A stretch of 64,000 nt of DNA from Lophium mytilinum (GCA_010093605.1 MU004186.1:1840616-1904615), one strand, 5' to 3'; counted from the first letter of the stretch, positions 34,563-48,860 are shown. The notes: generated from the sequence alone by a model not told the origin. Made by a program: numbers and translations.

Positions 34563-35476
34563 TCATCTAGAATCCATAGAAGTTCTAACAATATCTGTTG
34601 CTGACTCTCCGAGCACAGAAGTAGAATACATTCTCAAAGGCCGAGCAAGGTCATAGTCCTCGACGGGTGGTCGCGCAGGAGGTAATCGAAGCGGCCCTTG
34701 CGGGATTCGGGATTCGATGCGCTCCAGAACGTCTTTTAGATGGCTCACGTCACTAGAGGTATAGTAAGTGACATGCAATCAAGAAAAGCTGCATCACCTT
34801 ATCGCCATTGTTTAGAGTGGTTCAACAGACTAAAACAAGGAGAAATTCGGACTTCTATCTTGCTAGACATTCTTTGAACAATTGAGCGGCCTTGAAAGGC
34901 TGTATTCAGGGTTCCTTCACCCATCATTGATGAATTATCGTAAAAGTGGTACAAAGTGGTACATAGACAACTAGGAAGAAATGTATTGAAGAGTGCTTAC
35001 TCTACTAGAGCGTTGAGGGCTACTGCCATCTTCCTCATTCGCAAGGTCTCAACGCGTCTGACCGATTCTTCCAAGTCCTTACGCTTAAAGACCCACAAGA
35101 TGCGGTTCCAATTGAAGAGTGAGCTGGTCCGCTCGCCTTGTCGTTTGATCTTGGAGAGTTCTTCATCTAGCTCCAGGTGGGCGTCGTAGTATTCTTCCAG
35201 CATAGCGGTCCATCTTCCTTTAGAATAGCCCCCCTTACCAATCTCAACGCCAATGGGTCCAGGAACATGGCCAGTACGCAGCCGGTGAGAGTTCTCGTCA
35301 ACGGTGTTAGAGACTGATGATGTAATCCGAGAGAGTTCGGCGGGTGCGTCTCGATATGCTGTGAGATAGATGAAGATAGCTTGGACAATTGTCGATACGC
35401 TGATCAAGAGTGCTACGATACCAACAATACTTCCAGTGACTGAAAGTGGACTGTCTCCTCCAGTGAAGTTGGCCAT
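34563..35476 (-). CDS. Small protein (~220 aa) with HeLo-like / fungal STAND N-terminal-like helical domain
   Basis: Hydrophobic N-helix DSPLSVTGSIVGIVAL, YRDAPAEL, WNRILWVFKRKDLEE. Intron 34753-35000 (GTAAGC..TAG) joins in frame to DVSHLKDVLERIE. Confidence 0.6.
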
Positions 35477-36331
35477 GATGCCAGTGATGCACCCCCGATG
35501 TTACGGGCGTTCAGATAGCGCGTGAAGAAAGCTGTTATAAACAAAGACAAAAGGAAGATAGCCAGTGCCAAATGAAGCTGAAGCAGTACCGTGCAAGATA
35601 AATCACTAGATTTACTATGATCTCGACGGTCTTGAAGTGAGACGGCCTATGGCTGCGGCGGGGAGGAGCTCATGCCGCTGACGGGGCTGTGCCTAATTCT
35701 GTGCACAGTGCAGCCTGGAGACCTGGTAATCCTCGTCCGCGTGGAGTTGTGCCTGGCCGAAGATGCTAGTCCCTGTCCAGATGATAGCGCCAGACCAAAT
35801 AGGCGGCGCGGTCCTTGGTGTTGAGGATGGAGTTTTTGGCGATAAACATACACCGCACCGCTTCTAGACCCGGTCAATTGGATAGAGCGCGACCTGAACC
35901 CTCGTTCTATGTCATTCTCTGGGACGATGACGCTGTTTGTTGTCGTGATGGAGCTGTAGAGTGATCAACATGGCGTTGTGATAGTGACGGCTATTCCTAG
36001 CTGCATCCCCTGTCTGTTTGTTGCTTTTGCGGCACCTCAGTCTGTGCTCTCCTTTTGCGGATCTGAATCTCTACGCGTGCGCCCGGCACGCAGTAATCCT
36101 CCGACTGCAAGACCCGCGAAACACCAAGCTCCATCATGTACCTCCCAGAGTATGAAGCTTCCCGTCGACAATGACCCAATTGCTCGCCGCGTGAGCACCG
36201 CACCTGCACTCTCTCCGCATTCCTTGATCTCCCTGACGACCACCCGATCGATCCACGGCAAGCGCATCTGCGATGAAGCATTGAGAAATGGTGCTCAGCT
36301 ATCATACTCTGCGTCTTCCATGGTATGAGAG

Positions 36332-39300
36332 ATGTCGTCGCTCACTCCATCCAACGCCAGCAGGATGATGAGCCCGGCCGCATGGGGCCTCAAACTCACT
36401 CCCTCGAACTCTCCATATACGAAAAACACCGCCATGCGCTCTCCGGTCAAGTCCAAAGCTCCCGAGCTCTCACTCTCACTTCGGCAAGTCATCGGAACCA
36501 CGACGAACTCTGCCAATGGCTTTGACAGCCTGCCGTCCGGCCGATCCTTCGCTTTCACCGCCGGAGCAGCAGCCGTCATAGCGACCGTAGCTGACGACCA
36601 TCATGTCTCTCAACGATTTTACCGCGCACGCCCTACTACGAACCCTCTCAACCCGTCATCTTCAGTCTATGGTGGTCCGGCAACACCTACAAACAACGAG
36701 GGCCGGAGCCGAACTGCCGCGTCTCTTAGAGATGCTGGTATTGGAGCTTCACCCTTGGCTTCCCCAGCCGGCGACTGGGCAGATTCGCCCGCAAATAAGA
36801 CATGGACAGCTAGGGAAAGGATAAAAGCTGCTACCTGTGTGTCTTTCAGCCCGGATGGGAAATACTTAGCCGTTGGAGAGGTGTGACATTGATTACCGGT
36901 ATAGAAAAAACGATATGCTGACATATTGATAGACTGGCTATAAACCCCGAGTCTTGATATTTTCTACTTCCACCGATGCCCCCTCCGACACTCCTTTGAC
37001 CTGCCTCTCTGACCACACTTTCGGCGTCAGATCCATTTCCTTCAGTCCCGATTCTCAATATCTCGCCAGTTTAGGCTCTGCCAATGACGGCTTTCTCTAC
37101 ATTTGGAGTATAAACTCTCGTACTGGTTCCGCGACGTTGCTGGCAAGCAACAAATGTACAAGCAACATAAATAAAATCACTTGGTTAGGGTCCAGCCTCG
37201 TCACGTAAGTTTTTTCACTGTTGTAATTTTGTGAAATAAGCAATATTGGAATCTCTACGATTTACGTTTTGCTCAATGCTGCATTTAAGGTTGCCACTTG
37301 AGACACGTTGGGAAAAGCGTTCAAAAGGCTAATTGTACCCAGGGTTGGCACTCGTCATGTCAAAGTGTGGAGAACTGAAGAGCCTGTCCTCCCCTCAACA
37401 CCCTCCAGGTCCCGTCAAAGTGACGCGAATTTCATGATCACAAGTGCTCCACATAAGACATTGCCTGGAAGGAATTGCCTTCTAGGATCGTTACTGGAGA
37501 CAACATTCACTTCCGTAGTTGCTGTTAGTCCGAGCAAAGCAATTGTTTGCTCAGACAAGGGTGATATATGCCTCATCGACGATACCGAAGGAACTCAGCG
37601 ATTCTCCAAGATTGCCGATGCAGGCTTCGGGGTGACGGCAATGGCAATGGATTCGAATGGCAGACTACACTTAGCTGGCAGCCAGGGAGGGCTAAGAACT
37701 TTGCACATCAATGATCTTCTCGTCACACAAACACCACCTCCTTCACCGCCTCCTAGGGTGCAATCACCTATTATCGCTTTGACTAGTGATAGCGCCCAAG
37801 TCGAGGCGGTTACTCCGATATTAGATTACTTAGTGACCGTGGACTCTCGACACTCCATCCGACTTTCCCGGCTCACCAATCCTGATGACGAATCCGTCCT
37901 TGGAGACGTCGTTCAAAAACTGCCTGCTCATGGAGAGCCTGTTCTTGGGGTGAGAGCACTACCTTTGCCAAACCTATTCGGCTCCTCGTTTTTTACATGG
38001 TCAGCCGGAGGATCTATTCTCTTCTGGAGCCGAGAAGGCGTATGCAAAGAGGACCTCCAAGTGTCTTTAGAGCAAGTGGACAATGGCGACGAAGATCTAA
38101 ACGAGCTTCGGACAGTTTCCGCGTCTTATGGGGCCAAATATATCGTTTCAGGGGACAAGTATGGAGTTCTTAGGTAAGCGCTTGCCTAGCGGTGGTGGTC
38201 AGTACCGTTGGCGAATACAAAAAGCTAACATCATATTCTAGGGTTACGGATTGCTCCACCAGGTCCAGTGTTTTTGATTTCAAAGCGCATGCTGGCGAAA
38301 TTACGGACATTGCAATTTATGAAGACAAGACACCTACTTATGTTGCTTGCGCGGGACGTGACCGCACCGTTCAGGTCTTTACGAAGACTGGCGATTCCTG
38401 GGATCTTCTTCAAACCCTAGACGAGCATGTTGGTGCCGTCACCGGTATTCTTTTTTCAAGAAACGGATCGCGGCTCGTGTCTTGCTCATCCGATCGCACA
38501 GTCGTGGTTCGGAATTTGGTTTCTAGAGAAGAAGACGGTGAAACTCTCTTCGCTTTCGTAATCCTTCGGACAATCACCCTGAAGGCCTCTCCAGTCTCAA
38601 TAGTATTAGACGTTGACCAGGACGACGTGCTCTTGGTCTCCACGATCGACAGGCAAATCCAGAAGTACGATTTACGGAATGGTCACTCTTTAAGCAGTTT
38701 CCGGGCCTCAGATTCAGAGGGAGGAGACGCGGTCGTGATGTGTTCATTGGCACATATTCCAACGCCTCGAGGGTCTCCGCTCATTGCGGGCGTCTCTAGC
38801 ACCGATAAATCTATTCGCTTGTACGAGGAATCAGGAACCTTGGTCGGGCGAGATTGGGGCCATACTGAAGGCGTCACAGACATTGCCCTGGTCAATTCCA
38901 AGAATTTCGAAGAGGACGATGTCGAACAGCGGTCTTTAGTAACAGTGGCGGTCGATGGCACTATATTCATCTGGAATCTGGACCTCAAACCACCTCAAAG
39001 ACAAGACATTTCAAGATCAATGGACCTAGCGGGAGCATCCACACCAACAAACCGAGACCTGATCGTCAACAAACCACCGCTCCGGCGCGTCTTCTCCCAA
39101 AACGAACTCGCCCGCTTCCAACGCTCACCCGACGAAGAATCCACAACACCAACAGGAGGCCGCTCACCCCGACTACGAAAGAGACTCTCCAAGTTCTCAC
39201 TCGCGCAAGCCCCCAAACTCGACCCATCACCCATGCCCAGCATCCCAAAAGAGTACCAAACAACCGGCCCCTCCTTCGCCCAACCCATCAGCCGCAAATA

Positions 39301-39886
39301 CCGCAACCGCTCCCCCTCACCCCCTAGCCCCCGGAACAACAATCAGCACTCGAAATCCCGCCGCCCCTCCCTAGACGCCCGCCTACGCACCAAGGCCAGC
39401 AACGCCCCCGTCAACGAGTTCGGCAGTCTCGGCGCCTCCACCGAACAGGTCTGCCGCACGCTCCGCGCCTACCGCAAGCGCCTCGCCAATAGCTCCGACA
39501 GCCTGTCGTCCGAATCTGTGCGCGAGCTAGAGCGCGAGCTCGCCATCACTGCGCGGGCTGTGGGCGAGCGCGCTGTGAAAGCGAAGACGGTCGACGAGAC
39601 CGTTATGGTCAAGCTGCTGGACCAGTACTCAGAGCGCTTGGTGCAGATGCTGGACGAGAAGATCGCGATTAGCGTCAAGCAGCAGGTGCGGCAGAACAGC
39701 GTCGACGGCGCTGCGAGCCCCAGCCCGACGCCGGATAAGGCGGTGCTGAGGGAGGAGTCGGGGATGGTGGCGGAGCCGCAGGAATTGTCTGCCGAGAGTG
39801 GTGCGGTTGGATTGGGTGTGCATACGCCAATCGTGGAGGAGGCGGCTGAGACGGAGATGAAGACGCGGTCGAAAAGTTCTGCGTGA
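36332..39886 (+). CDS. WD40-repeat protein, WDR62/MAPKBP1-like
   Basis: Spliced ORFs with WD repeats (FSPDGKYLAVGE, FSPDSQYLASLG, DEHVGAVTG, WGHTEGVTD), LRQVIGTT N-terminus and a C-terminal helical region. Confidence 0.85.
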
Positions 39887-40512
39887 GTGATTTGAGTGGG
39901 CGATTGAGCGAGCGAGCTGAGAGCGTAAAATCAAGCGGATTGGAGTTAGGGCGGGGGCAGTGTACGATCGATCGGAAAGGATTCTTTGCTGCGTTTTTTC
40001 TTGGGTATGTGGGCGGGAAGGGCGCTGGTGGAGGGAAGGGGAGGTTGGAGAATCAAGCCGCCGAGGGCTATAGGGTGCCACAGGGGGTTTGCAGAGTCGG
40101 GAAACTCTCTTGAGGCGTTTGGGTTGATTTTGGCGTTTTGGTGCTGGGTTTTGAGGAATGGTTAGATGCCCGTAGCAGACAGAGCAGTCCGTCGACTTTT
40201 TGTATTGGCAGGGTTCCGTCGTACGTTCAGTTCGTGGTTGATGTGCGAGCTTTAAAGGTCTTGATTTGAGTGTAGTGTTTCGTAGCAGCATTCCGCGCTC
40301 TGGTTATGTTGCTTGTGGTGTGATCTTCTGCAACACAATGCCAGGAGAGAAATCACAAGGCCTCTTTAATGGAAGATAGTGAGCAGACCAGAAACCCTGT
40401 CATATTCATTCGTCTCCTTATCTGCCTACTCAAAGCAACAAAACATAACCCACAATGCAGCCTTCCGCCAAGCAGCCAACCTATACACAACAGACCCCCT
40501 TAGCACACAAGC

Positions 40513-42465
40513 CTATACATCCACCAAGTTCTCCGTCTGCTCCCCATTCGCCTCCGGCTCGGCATTATCCCTCGTGTCCTTGTTCCCGCGCCTCTTGCCC
40601 TCCGCCTTACGTGCGTAGTACTGATCCAGCACCTTGGCCGGGATACGGTTGAGCAGCTCCTTGGGGTAGATGCGGAGCAGACTCCACGCGAGATCGAGCG
40701 ATTCGAAGATGGTGCGGGACTCGTAGGCGGACTGGGAGATGAAGGTTTTCTCGAACTTCTCGAGGAACTCAAGCGAGAGCTTGTCTTCCGAGGACAAGGC
40801 CTCCTCGCCGACGACGGCTTTCATTGCGGCTGTAGGGGGGTTTGTTAGGTAGGCCGAGAGATGGGGTTTACTGGGTTAGGGGCTTACCGGCGTCACGACC
40901 GATGGCGTATTTGGCGTAAAGTTGGTTGGAGACGTCGCCGTGATCTTTCCGCGTGCGGCCCTCGCCGATAGCGGACTTCATGAGACGGGACAGGGATGGA
41001 AGGACGTTGATGGGTGGGTAGATACCCTTGTTGGAGAGTTGACGATCAACGAAAATTTGGCCCTCGGTGATGTAACCGGTCAAATCAGGAATGGGATGGG
41101 TGATATCTACAGTTGTTAGTTACCTGGGGTATTGGGGCTGGGGAGCTGGAAATCATTCATACCATCGTTAGGCATCGTCAAGATGGGAATCTGAGTGATG
41201 GAGCCATTCCGTCCTTCTACACGTCCAGCACGCTCGTAGATGGTTGACAGATCAGTGTACATGTAACCAGGGTACCCACGGCGACCTGGCACTTCTTCTC
41301 TGGCGGCTGAAACCTCACGAAGAGCGTCACAGTAGGATGACAAGTCAGTGAGGATGACAAGGACGTGCTTCTCGAGTTGATAGGCGTAGTATTCGGCGGT
41401 TGTAAGGGCGAGACGCGGGGTAATGATACGTTCGATGCTACCATCAGTCAGTAATTGAGGCGGGGAAAGGTTTTCGAGAGGTTTACGTGGGATCATTTGC
41501 CAAGTTCAAAAACAAGGTGACACGCTCCATACTGCCGTTCTCTTCGAAGTCCCGAGTAAAGAATCGGCTAGTCTCCAAGTTGACACCCATAGCACCGAAG
41601 ACGATGGAGAAGTTGTCCTCGTGGTCGTCGTGCACTCCCTTGTTAGGTTTCGCGACCAAGCTAGCCTGTCTGCAAATCTGGGCTGCAATCTCGTTATGCG
41701 GTAGACCGGCTGCGGAGAAGATGGGGATTTTCTGGCCACGGGCAATAGAGTTCATGGTGTCGATGGCGGAAATACCGGTTGAAATCATTTCTTCGGGGTA
41801 TACCTGCAGCTACGGTTAGACCCAGCCATAGCCATAGTACAGAGAATGCTTACTCGAGAGTACGGGTTAATAGGACTGCCGTTGATGTCGAGGTAGTCTT
41901 CCGCCAACACCTTTGGGCCCTTGTCAATGGCTCGACCTGAACCGTCGAATATTCGACCCAACATGTCCTCTGAGACACCCAGCTTCAAGCTGTGGCCCGT
42001 GAACTCGACTTTTGTCTACGTACGTCAGCGTTGGCCTGGCTATGGGAGAGGCTTGCTGACCTTCTTCACATCGATGCCTGATGTGCCTTCGAAAACCTGC
42101 ATATCCGATCAGAGGGGTGGTCTGGTAGCGCAGATACTGTGAACTATACCTGCACGACAGCGCGATTTCCTGCGAAGCTAGGTAAGTATATATAAGAAGA
42201 GTGAGCTGGTAGTTGAAAGTACCTCTTGCTTCCAAGACCTGGCCGGACCGCTCCGTGCCATCGGGGAGCGTCAAAGACACAATCTCGTTGTACTTGGGGA
42301 ATTTGACCTGTAGTGTAATCGCATAAGCTTCAGGATCCTTTGCAATGCCTTCTGAAGACTACTGACGCTCTCAAGAATGACCAATGGCCCGTTGACGCCG
42401 CCGATGGTGTTGTACCGCAACCTAGGCGTCACGGACATCATCCGCGGGTCCACGACTTCCGGCAT
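40513..42465 (-). CDS. vma2: Vacuolar H+-ATPase V1 subunit B
   Basis: [79 protein letters not shown] across several introns. Confidence 0.97.
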
Positions 42466-44891
42466 GGCTGCTGACTGCGGGCAGTGTAGGAGATGGGGAG
42501 CAGGTCGTCGGGGGTCTCTCCACAGCTGGGCGTGGTTCTGAGAGCTTCGGTGGGGAGCTGGAGCTGGTGGCAGTGAAGCTCGAGGTGCTGGGGTTGGCGA
42601 AGTGGAAGCTCGCCTGCGTCAGTGCGGCGGGCAGCACTTCACGTAAGCCGATCGAGCGATAAGAATGCCCAGATGGAAGAAGCAACGCCGCAGCTGGATT
42701 TCAACATGTGTATCTTCACTATGCTTGTTCGCACTTGTCGAGATAGAGAGGCTGCTGCTTTGGTTTTTCAGTCATTCACAGCGGCCACGGTGCAGTCAGA
42801 GGTCACATGCAATATCATTAGGTAAAAGCGGTGGTATTCAATAAAGACTATATGCAGGCCCCCATCTCCCTCATGAAAAACTTTTCGTCGTCCACACAAG
42901 TCCACATTGAGGTCGCCAAGAGTGGTACCTGGAGGCCGAGTTAGATGAGTGATATCTTTAGAACTGCGGTCATAAGAGTAAAAGAATTTGAATAAAATCA
43001 GACATCCAAGGAAGAAATTGCCGCTCAACGCCATCTGTCATAGGTTCGAGTCGATGGCTAGCGTGGAAACTGCGAATGTAGGAATGTTTCATCATAGAAG
43101 AGGGGTGGTAGAGTAGCAGAAGCAAAAGAGTGGCTGACCTGATGAAACTACGACGTTCCGTTCCAGATGCACCACAAGCAGCGAGGTGCCCTGGTATTGG
43201 ACGAGCATGCTCGGTCGATCTTTTATCCGCTTGCCGTTGCGTTGGCAATTTTGTTTCGCCAAGTTGGCTGCCGGGTCGATGCCGAGATGGCCGTCATGGC
43301 GCATGTTTTGAAGTCTACATCCTACTAGGGCTTGATCGTGTTAGCTTGTTGCACTTGAGAAGTTTTACAGGCAACATAGAGCAAGGTATTGTGGTCAGAC
43401 AAATGTACTGGCAAGTAGCAGGCCGCCGGCGAAGGCGGCCCGAAAAGACTGATTTCTTCAAGGTCGACTCAGCTGGGAAAAGAAGACGTGTTCTTGAGAT
43501 GTCATCATCCCGAGGGACGTAAGTGCAGATGAAAAGAGTAGGACTTACGGTGAGAGAACGAACAGCTACAGACTGGCTGCGTGTTAGTCGCTAAGTAGCT
43601 GCAAAGCGAGGCCGGCTTGTGGAGACTCCTGCGGCGAAGAGTCAAGGCGCACAGTTAGTGAAGCTGGCAGCACCAGAAACTACAGCACCGAGCTGCAATG
43701 CGAAAGCAGCCATGGTGGTGTGGAGCTGGAGAGCTGTGGTGGATGGAGGTGGCAGAAGAAAGAGCTGGCGAAGAAAATATAGGCCCGCGGCCGATTAGTT
43801 TAGCGCATCACGTGCAAAGCGAACCGGGGAGCTAGCCGACATTGGGCGGTATTTTTGCGTATTGAAACGCAAGGCTAGACACCTGGCCGCCTGTGGAACT
43901 GGCAGATGGGTGGCATTTACCTCCCACGGTAGAGGGTCTGCGGACCAAGGAAGGCTCTGCAGAACGGTTTAACCTTTCTCCACATTCCAGGGTAAATTTC
44001 CCAGCTGTCTGCAGCAGTTTGCACTGCGTGTATAGGGGCCGTTGGGCAAAAGGAGTCGGGCTTGGCGCGTGCTGAGGCAGCATGGGAAAAATACACCCAG
44101 CCATCTCGCCCGATCGGAAATCGGCCCCTAGGCTTAGGCGTGCTTCGCTCTCTGCCCAGGTGAGGCATCGCCCGACCCAGCGCTCTCTTCACTCCCGTCA
44201 ACCACCACGACGCCCGCCAGCGATCCCATCCGCCCACACCCCCGACGACACGCCCACGCTGCGAGCCGCCATGCCCGTCTGCTCGTCCGCCCTCTAATTC
44301 CACCCCCCGAGCCATTGCCGCCGTCTGCTTACGCTCGTTTCCATCCGCTTCCTCGCCCGACGGCACGAATGCGCGATATCGCACCCACGACGTCTGCGCC
44401 ATACACCGCCCCCGTGCGCCCTCTCCCTCCGCCTCGCTGCTGATCGCGTTGCGCCCGCCCGTCCGTCCGGCCTCGTTGCTCCTGCTGTCGCGAAACATAT
44501 CGTCGTCGTCGCATATCAGCCCCGGCACTTGCCGGTGCATCATCCGAAGCCATCTCGCAGCTTTCGAGGCGCGCCAGCTTCATACCTTCTCTTGTCCCGC
44601 CGGCACGCGTACGGCACGTAATTCGAACGCCGCTTGTGCCTCTTCTGCATTCTGTACACCTGACTGCTCTGCGGCCGCCCACTCAGCCACGACAGCGTCT
44701 CCCGCGCATCGCATTTTTCTGGGCATGCATATCTTGTAATCGCACATCACCACAAAGTAGTACCGTGTGCAAGAGTACGTCACTAGACTAGAAATACAGT
44801 AGCCGGACGGGTTGCAGATTTCCCCGGCGGGGTCATTACAGCGGAGGAAATTGGAGAAGCGGCACGCGCTTCAACCCACAAGGGCGTCAAG

Positions 44892-47378
44892 ATGATGGCA
44901 ACCGGCTATCCACAACATCCTGGAGGGCCCCAGCATCTGGGTATGCCTCATGCCCAGCAGATGGGTCCTGGGGGTCCAAATCCCGGCCAGCATCTGGGAC
45001 AAGCAATGCAGATGCACCCAGGCGTATCAGGGCCGAATGGACCGCACGTTAGCCAGGCAGGAGCTATGATGCCAGGCATGCAGCAGGGCGTCGGTCCCAA
45101 TGCACATGCGCTGTCTCATTTGACCCCGCAGCCGCATATGTTCCAGCAGCAGCAACAGCAAATGCAAAGTAAGTGTTCCCTATAGCATGGACCCTATCAA
45201 TTCTGCATATTTATGGTCCATGCGAGGATGTTTGTCTTTGTATGTGAGGTAATTTCTAACGCGGCGCAAAATAGTGAACCCTGCCCTGGTACAACAGCAG
45301 CAAAACCAAGCACAACAGCAGGCTCTTTTTCGGCAGCGGCAACAACAGCAGCAAATGGCCTTCCAACAGCAGAACGGCATGGGCATGGGGTTCCCCGGCG
45401 GTATGAATCCCCAAATGTCTGCACAGGTGGCTGCTATGCAGGGGAATCAGCCGGGGAATTTCCCCATCAACCGGGTTGATCTCCCTCCCCACATGCAGCA
45501 ACAGCTCCTCCAGCAGAGGCAAATGCAGCAGCAGCAAGCTCAAGCTCAGGCTCAGGCTCAGGCCCAAGCCCAGCAACAGGCTGTTGCCCAGCAGCAGCAG
45601 CAAATGCATCAACACCTGGCTATGCAGCACGCGCAGTCTCAGTCAAGCAATCCAGGGCAACAAGGTCCTCAGGGCCCTCAGACAAGTCAGCCGCAGCAAG
45701 GCCCATTGCGTCCGCCATCACAGATGAGCGTCCACGAGGGTCATTCTTCTCCGGCGCCCCCTCCGAATCCTCAGCAATCACAACCACCGCAAGCTCAACC
45801 TCCACAAGCGCCAAACCAGCCACCAAATCTGCAGCAACAACCTTCACAGCAGCAACACCCTCAAAATGCTCAACAGATGCAGCAGAGACCGCAACAAGGT
45901 TTCAACCCACAGCAGGTGGCGATGCTGCGGCGGCAGCAAGAAGCTCGACAACAGCAGCAAAGCCAAGGCCAAGCTGGTCAGACAATACTCAAGCTTTTGT
46001 TGTTCTTGGATCATCTCTCTCGGTTCTCGGTAAGTTGCGTTTCATCTTCATGTGTGTTTTAAGTCTGGTCTAACCTATTCCTCCAGACTACCCGCCAGGA
46101 GAACACCATTGCTCATTGGAATGCCTTTGTTGGCAGGTTCTTTGCGCCCGAGGGAGAATTCAAGCATACGCTCTTTGACAGATCAGGCGGTAAAACAAAA
46201 CAGTTCCCTGTCAGCTTCGCCGCTTTACCTCGGTACTTCTATGTGCAATTTGATAGCGGTGTTGAGAACATGCAAATCACCATCGACGGGGCTATAGAAA
46301 AGACATTTCCAAGTGAAATGAACTATGTGGAAAGTTCGAGAGCTAAGATCATATATTCGTTCCAAAATGGCACGCAGGTCAGTGGTAATCCTCACATTGT
46401 ACACACATTTGCTAATTCGAGCAGCTTGTGGCCCCTGGAAAGCTCTCGGCCATGTATAGCCAATCCAACGAGTCGAACGAGCCCAAATTAAGCTTGTTGT
46501 CTTTTGAGACGCTCGAACACCATGAGTTCATACCCCGCAAGACACTAGAACGGCTGTTTACGCAACCATCGCCAAGCCAGTTGAGTCAGACGCAGTCTCC
46601 TCGAATGACAAACAAGCCGAATGCCAAACAGCGCAACCAGCAACGCCAATTGCAAAAGCCCGACGTTCCCCCCGAGCCTTTTCTAAATCTGTCCGATCTG
46701 CCGGCCGCCCCTATCGACGACTTTGGCGTGACTGCAAAGACGCTACAGTACCTTGAGGTATGCAAATCCGCACCTTTTCTAGGCTACGTGGCTGACTTGG
46801 AATAGATCGGGGAAACCTTTTCCCACATGACCCAGCTCATCCTATATTCTCAAGACCACCCTGAGCTTACGCCAGCTGGGGCGCTCAATAGTCTCCTCTC
46901 CTCGTTGCCACCAAAGCAATTTTCGCAGCAACCCATTCAACAGCAACAAGGGGGCATGCCAACTAATCAAGCTCAGCTCCTGCAGCACCAACAGCAACAG
47001 AACCTTCCACCGGGCTCACGTACGCCATCTGGTACAGGGCAACCTGGCGGCCAAAATCACCAATTCATGTCTCCGGCAATGGCCAACCTCGGATTGCCCG
47101 GAGCTATCAATGGGTCGCCGCATCTTATGCAGACTAATCACACACCATCACCTGCCCAAACACACATGGTTAACCAGCACAGCCAGCAAGGGACCAATAG
47201 CTCCGCGACAGCCAGCGCAAATACATCACCCAACGTTAGCAACAAACGACGAAGAAGCAACGTCAAGATGGAGACTGACGACGGGGGTGGTGGTGAGGTC
47301 AACGGCGCGAGCGGCGGCCAGAAGGTGAAGGCGAGCCCTCGAGTTGGTGGGAATAAACGAGTCAAAGGGAATGGCTGA
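44892..47378 (+). CDS. ptaB: Gln-rich LIM-domain-binding (LDB/SEUSS) type transcriptional regulator, PtaB/Mfg1-like
   Basis: PolyQ/QA N-terminus; LKLLLFLDHLSRF, HWNAFVGRFF, LPRYFYVQFDSGVENMQI, HHEFIPRK; C-terminal SANTSPNVSNKRRR NLS; multiple introns. Confidence 0.78.
45521..45603 (+). repeat. Coding polyQ/(QA)n tract
   Basis: QMQQQQAQAQAQAQAQAQQQAVAQQQQQ encoded by CAG/CAA and GCTCAR repeats. Confidence 0.85.
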
Positions 47379-48443
47379 TACCCTCCCAAACACTGGACCA
47401 TCTCCGGAGCACTAGAGCAAACAGCTTCTTTGCGTGCCGCGCCGAGTCGAGGCAGCGGTAGCAATCACCAACCATCCATTATCCGGATCGGGGGCCACTC
47501 GAGGTATTTATTGCCAAACCATACCGCATACGACCTCAATTGGTTCAATTATCTTGGACACTTAAGCGAGTACCTTTCTCGTTCGACATTACTACATCCC
47601 GACATTGTGTACAGCGTGGCGTTCGAAATCATCATCTTTGTTGCACTTACACGCGATTCATTCTTCAGACATACCGGTATCCGGCGTATCAGATATATGC
47701 GCAGTTCCATCCGATCTTTCAACTTTTACTGTTTCGGCGTTCTGGTTCCAGTGCATTGGGGGTCACCTCTTTTCGACCATTGGTCCTTTTCCAGCCATGT
47801 GTGTCTATCCGGAAGAATGAGATATCACCAACATCTCTCAGCGCATATCGATCATATTTTTCGACATTCAATTCCTCTTACTCCTTTACCGAGTACATCT
47901 CCCGCTTTTTATATTGGTTTTCAGACAAGAGTGGCAAGAGAAATTTGTCCAGGTTACATAATTTTGTATATTACGATGGCGTCTTTGGGTATTATTGGAG
48001 ACGCGATCAAAGTGGTTGGGTACTTATCCAGGGCGGGGCGGAGCGGGGCGGCTTTTTTATATCATCTTTCTTAAAGATTCCTCGAATGGGGATGAATTGA
48101 ATCGAACTTTTCATGACGATTCTTTGAGCAACGCTCTGCGTGTGTTTTGGGCGGTGCAGTAGAAGTGTACTTGTTCGTCATGTTGCTAATGTGTTTTAGG
48201 ATGTTTGTCTCGCCTGCCGACTTCCATGCCTCCTTCCCGATCTCCAGATTTCGCACACCTCCGTAATCAGCTTTACCCTTATATCAGCGCATAAGCCTCG
48301 CCTTCTTGGCCCACCCACTTCATCATATAAATCGCCTTCTTCGCCAGACCGACGTCCACAACTATGCTCCAGAACACGCCTTCAAACTGCTCCAGATTTC
48401 GTCTCCTCACCACCCAACTCTCTCCTTAACACTCATTATCTCC

Positions 48444-48860
48444 TCACACCCTCCGCCGTGGCATCGGCCCCTTGTCCCTTTCCTTCTCCTTCTCCTTCCC
48501 ATCCCCCTCCCCAACACTCCCACCGCTTCCAACCCTAGAACCAGTCGCAGACCCCGTCGTCGCGCCCGCCGCCCGCGGCACCCAACCCACGATCTCGCCC
48601 GCAGCTCTGCTCGGCGTCCTCACCCCCGTTTCCGTTTTCAGTGCAGCATTCACCCGCTCTGCGTCAAGCCGCTGCTGCGCGACCGTCGCTTCCCGCCATT
48701 CGTCTGCCATCCGCTCGAGCGCCGCGTTGCTGGGACTACGATGCCCCCGCGTTGCGGTTAGGAGGGGGTTGGGTGGTAAGTTGTGGATTTGGGGGGTTGG
48801 GGAGAAGCGGACGGTTTTTTTGGGGGTGGAGGAGGGGGTGGGTGTTTTGGGGGGTTGCAT
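48444..48860 (-). CDS. Small basic hypothetical protein (138 aa)
   Basis: ATG ORF; KKTVRFSPTPQI resembles PKTIRFAEAPQI in 2379-2846. Confidence 0.5.
   Translation of the reverse strand: MQPPKTPTPSSTPKKTVRFSPTPQIHNLPPNPLLTATRGHRSPSNAALERMADEWREATVAQQRLDAERVNAALKTETGVRTPSRAAGEIVGWVPRAAGATTGSATGSRVGSGGSVGEGDGKEKEKERDKGPMPRRRV

Noticed and set aside
43832..44783. GC-rich ORFs between vma2 and the PtaB-like gene
   Set aside because: Expected chance ORFs in a divergent promoter/5'UTR region; no domain features
47430..48100. Two long overlapping ORFs downstream of the PtaB-like gene
   Set aside because: Non-ATG starts and pyrimidine-rich UTR-like composition; likely 3'UTR
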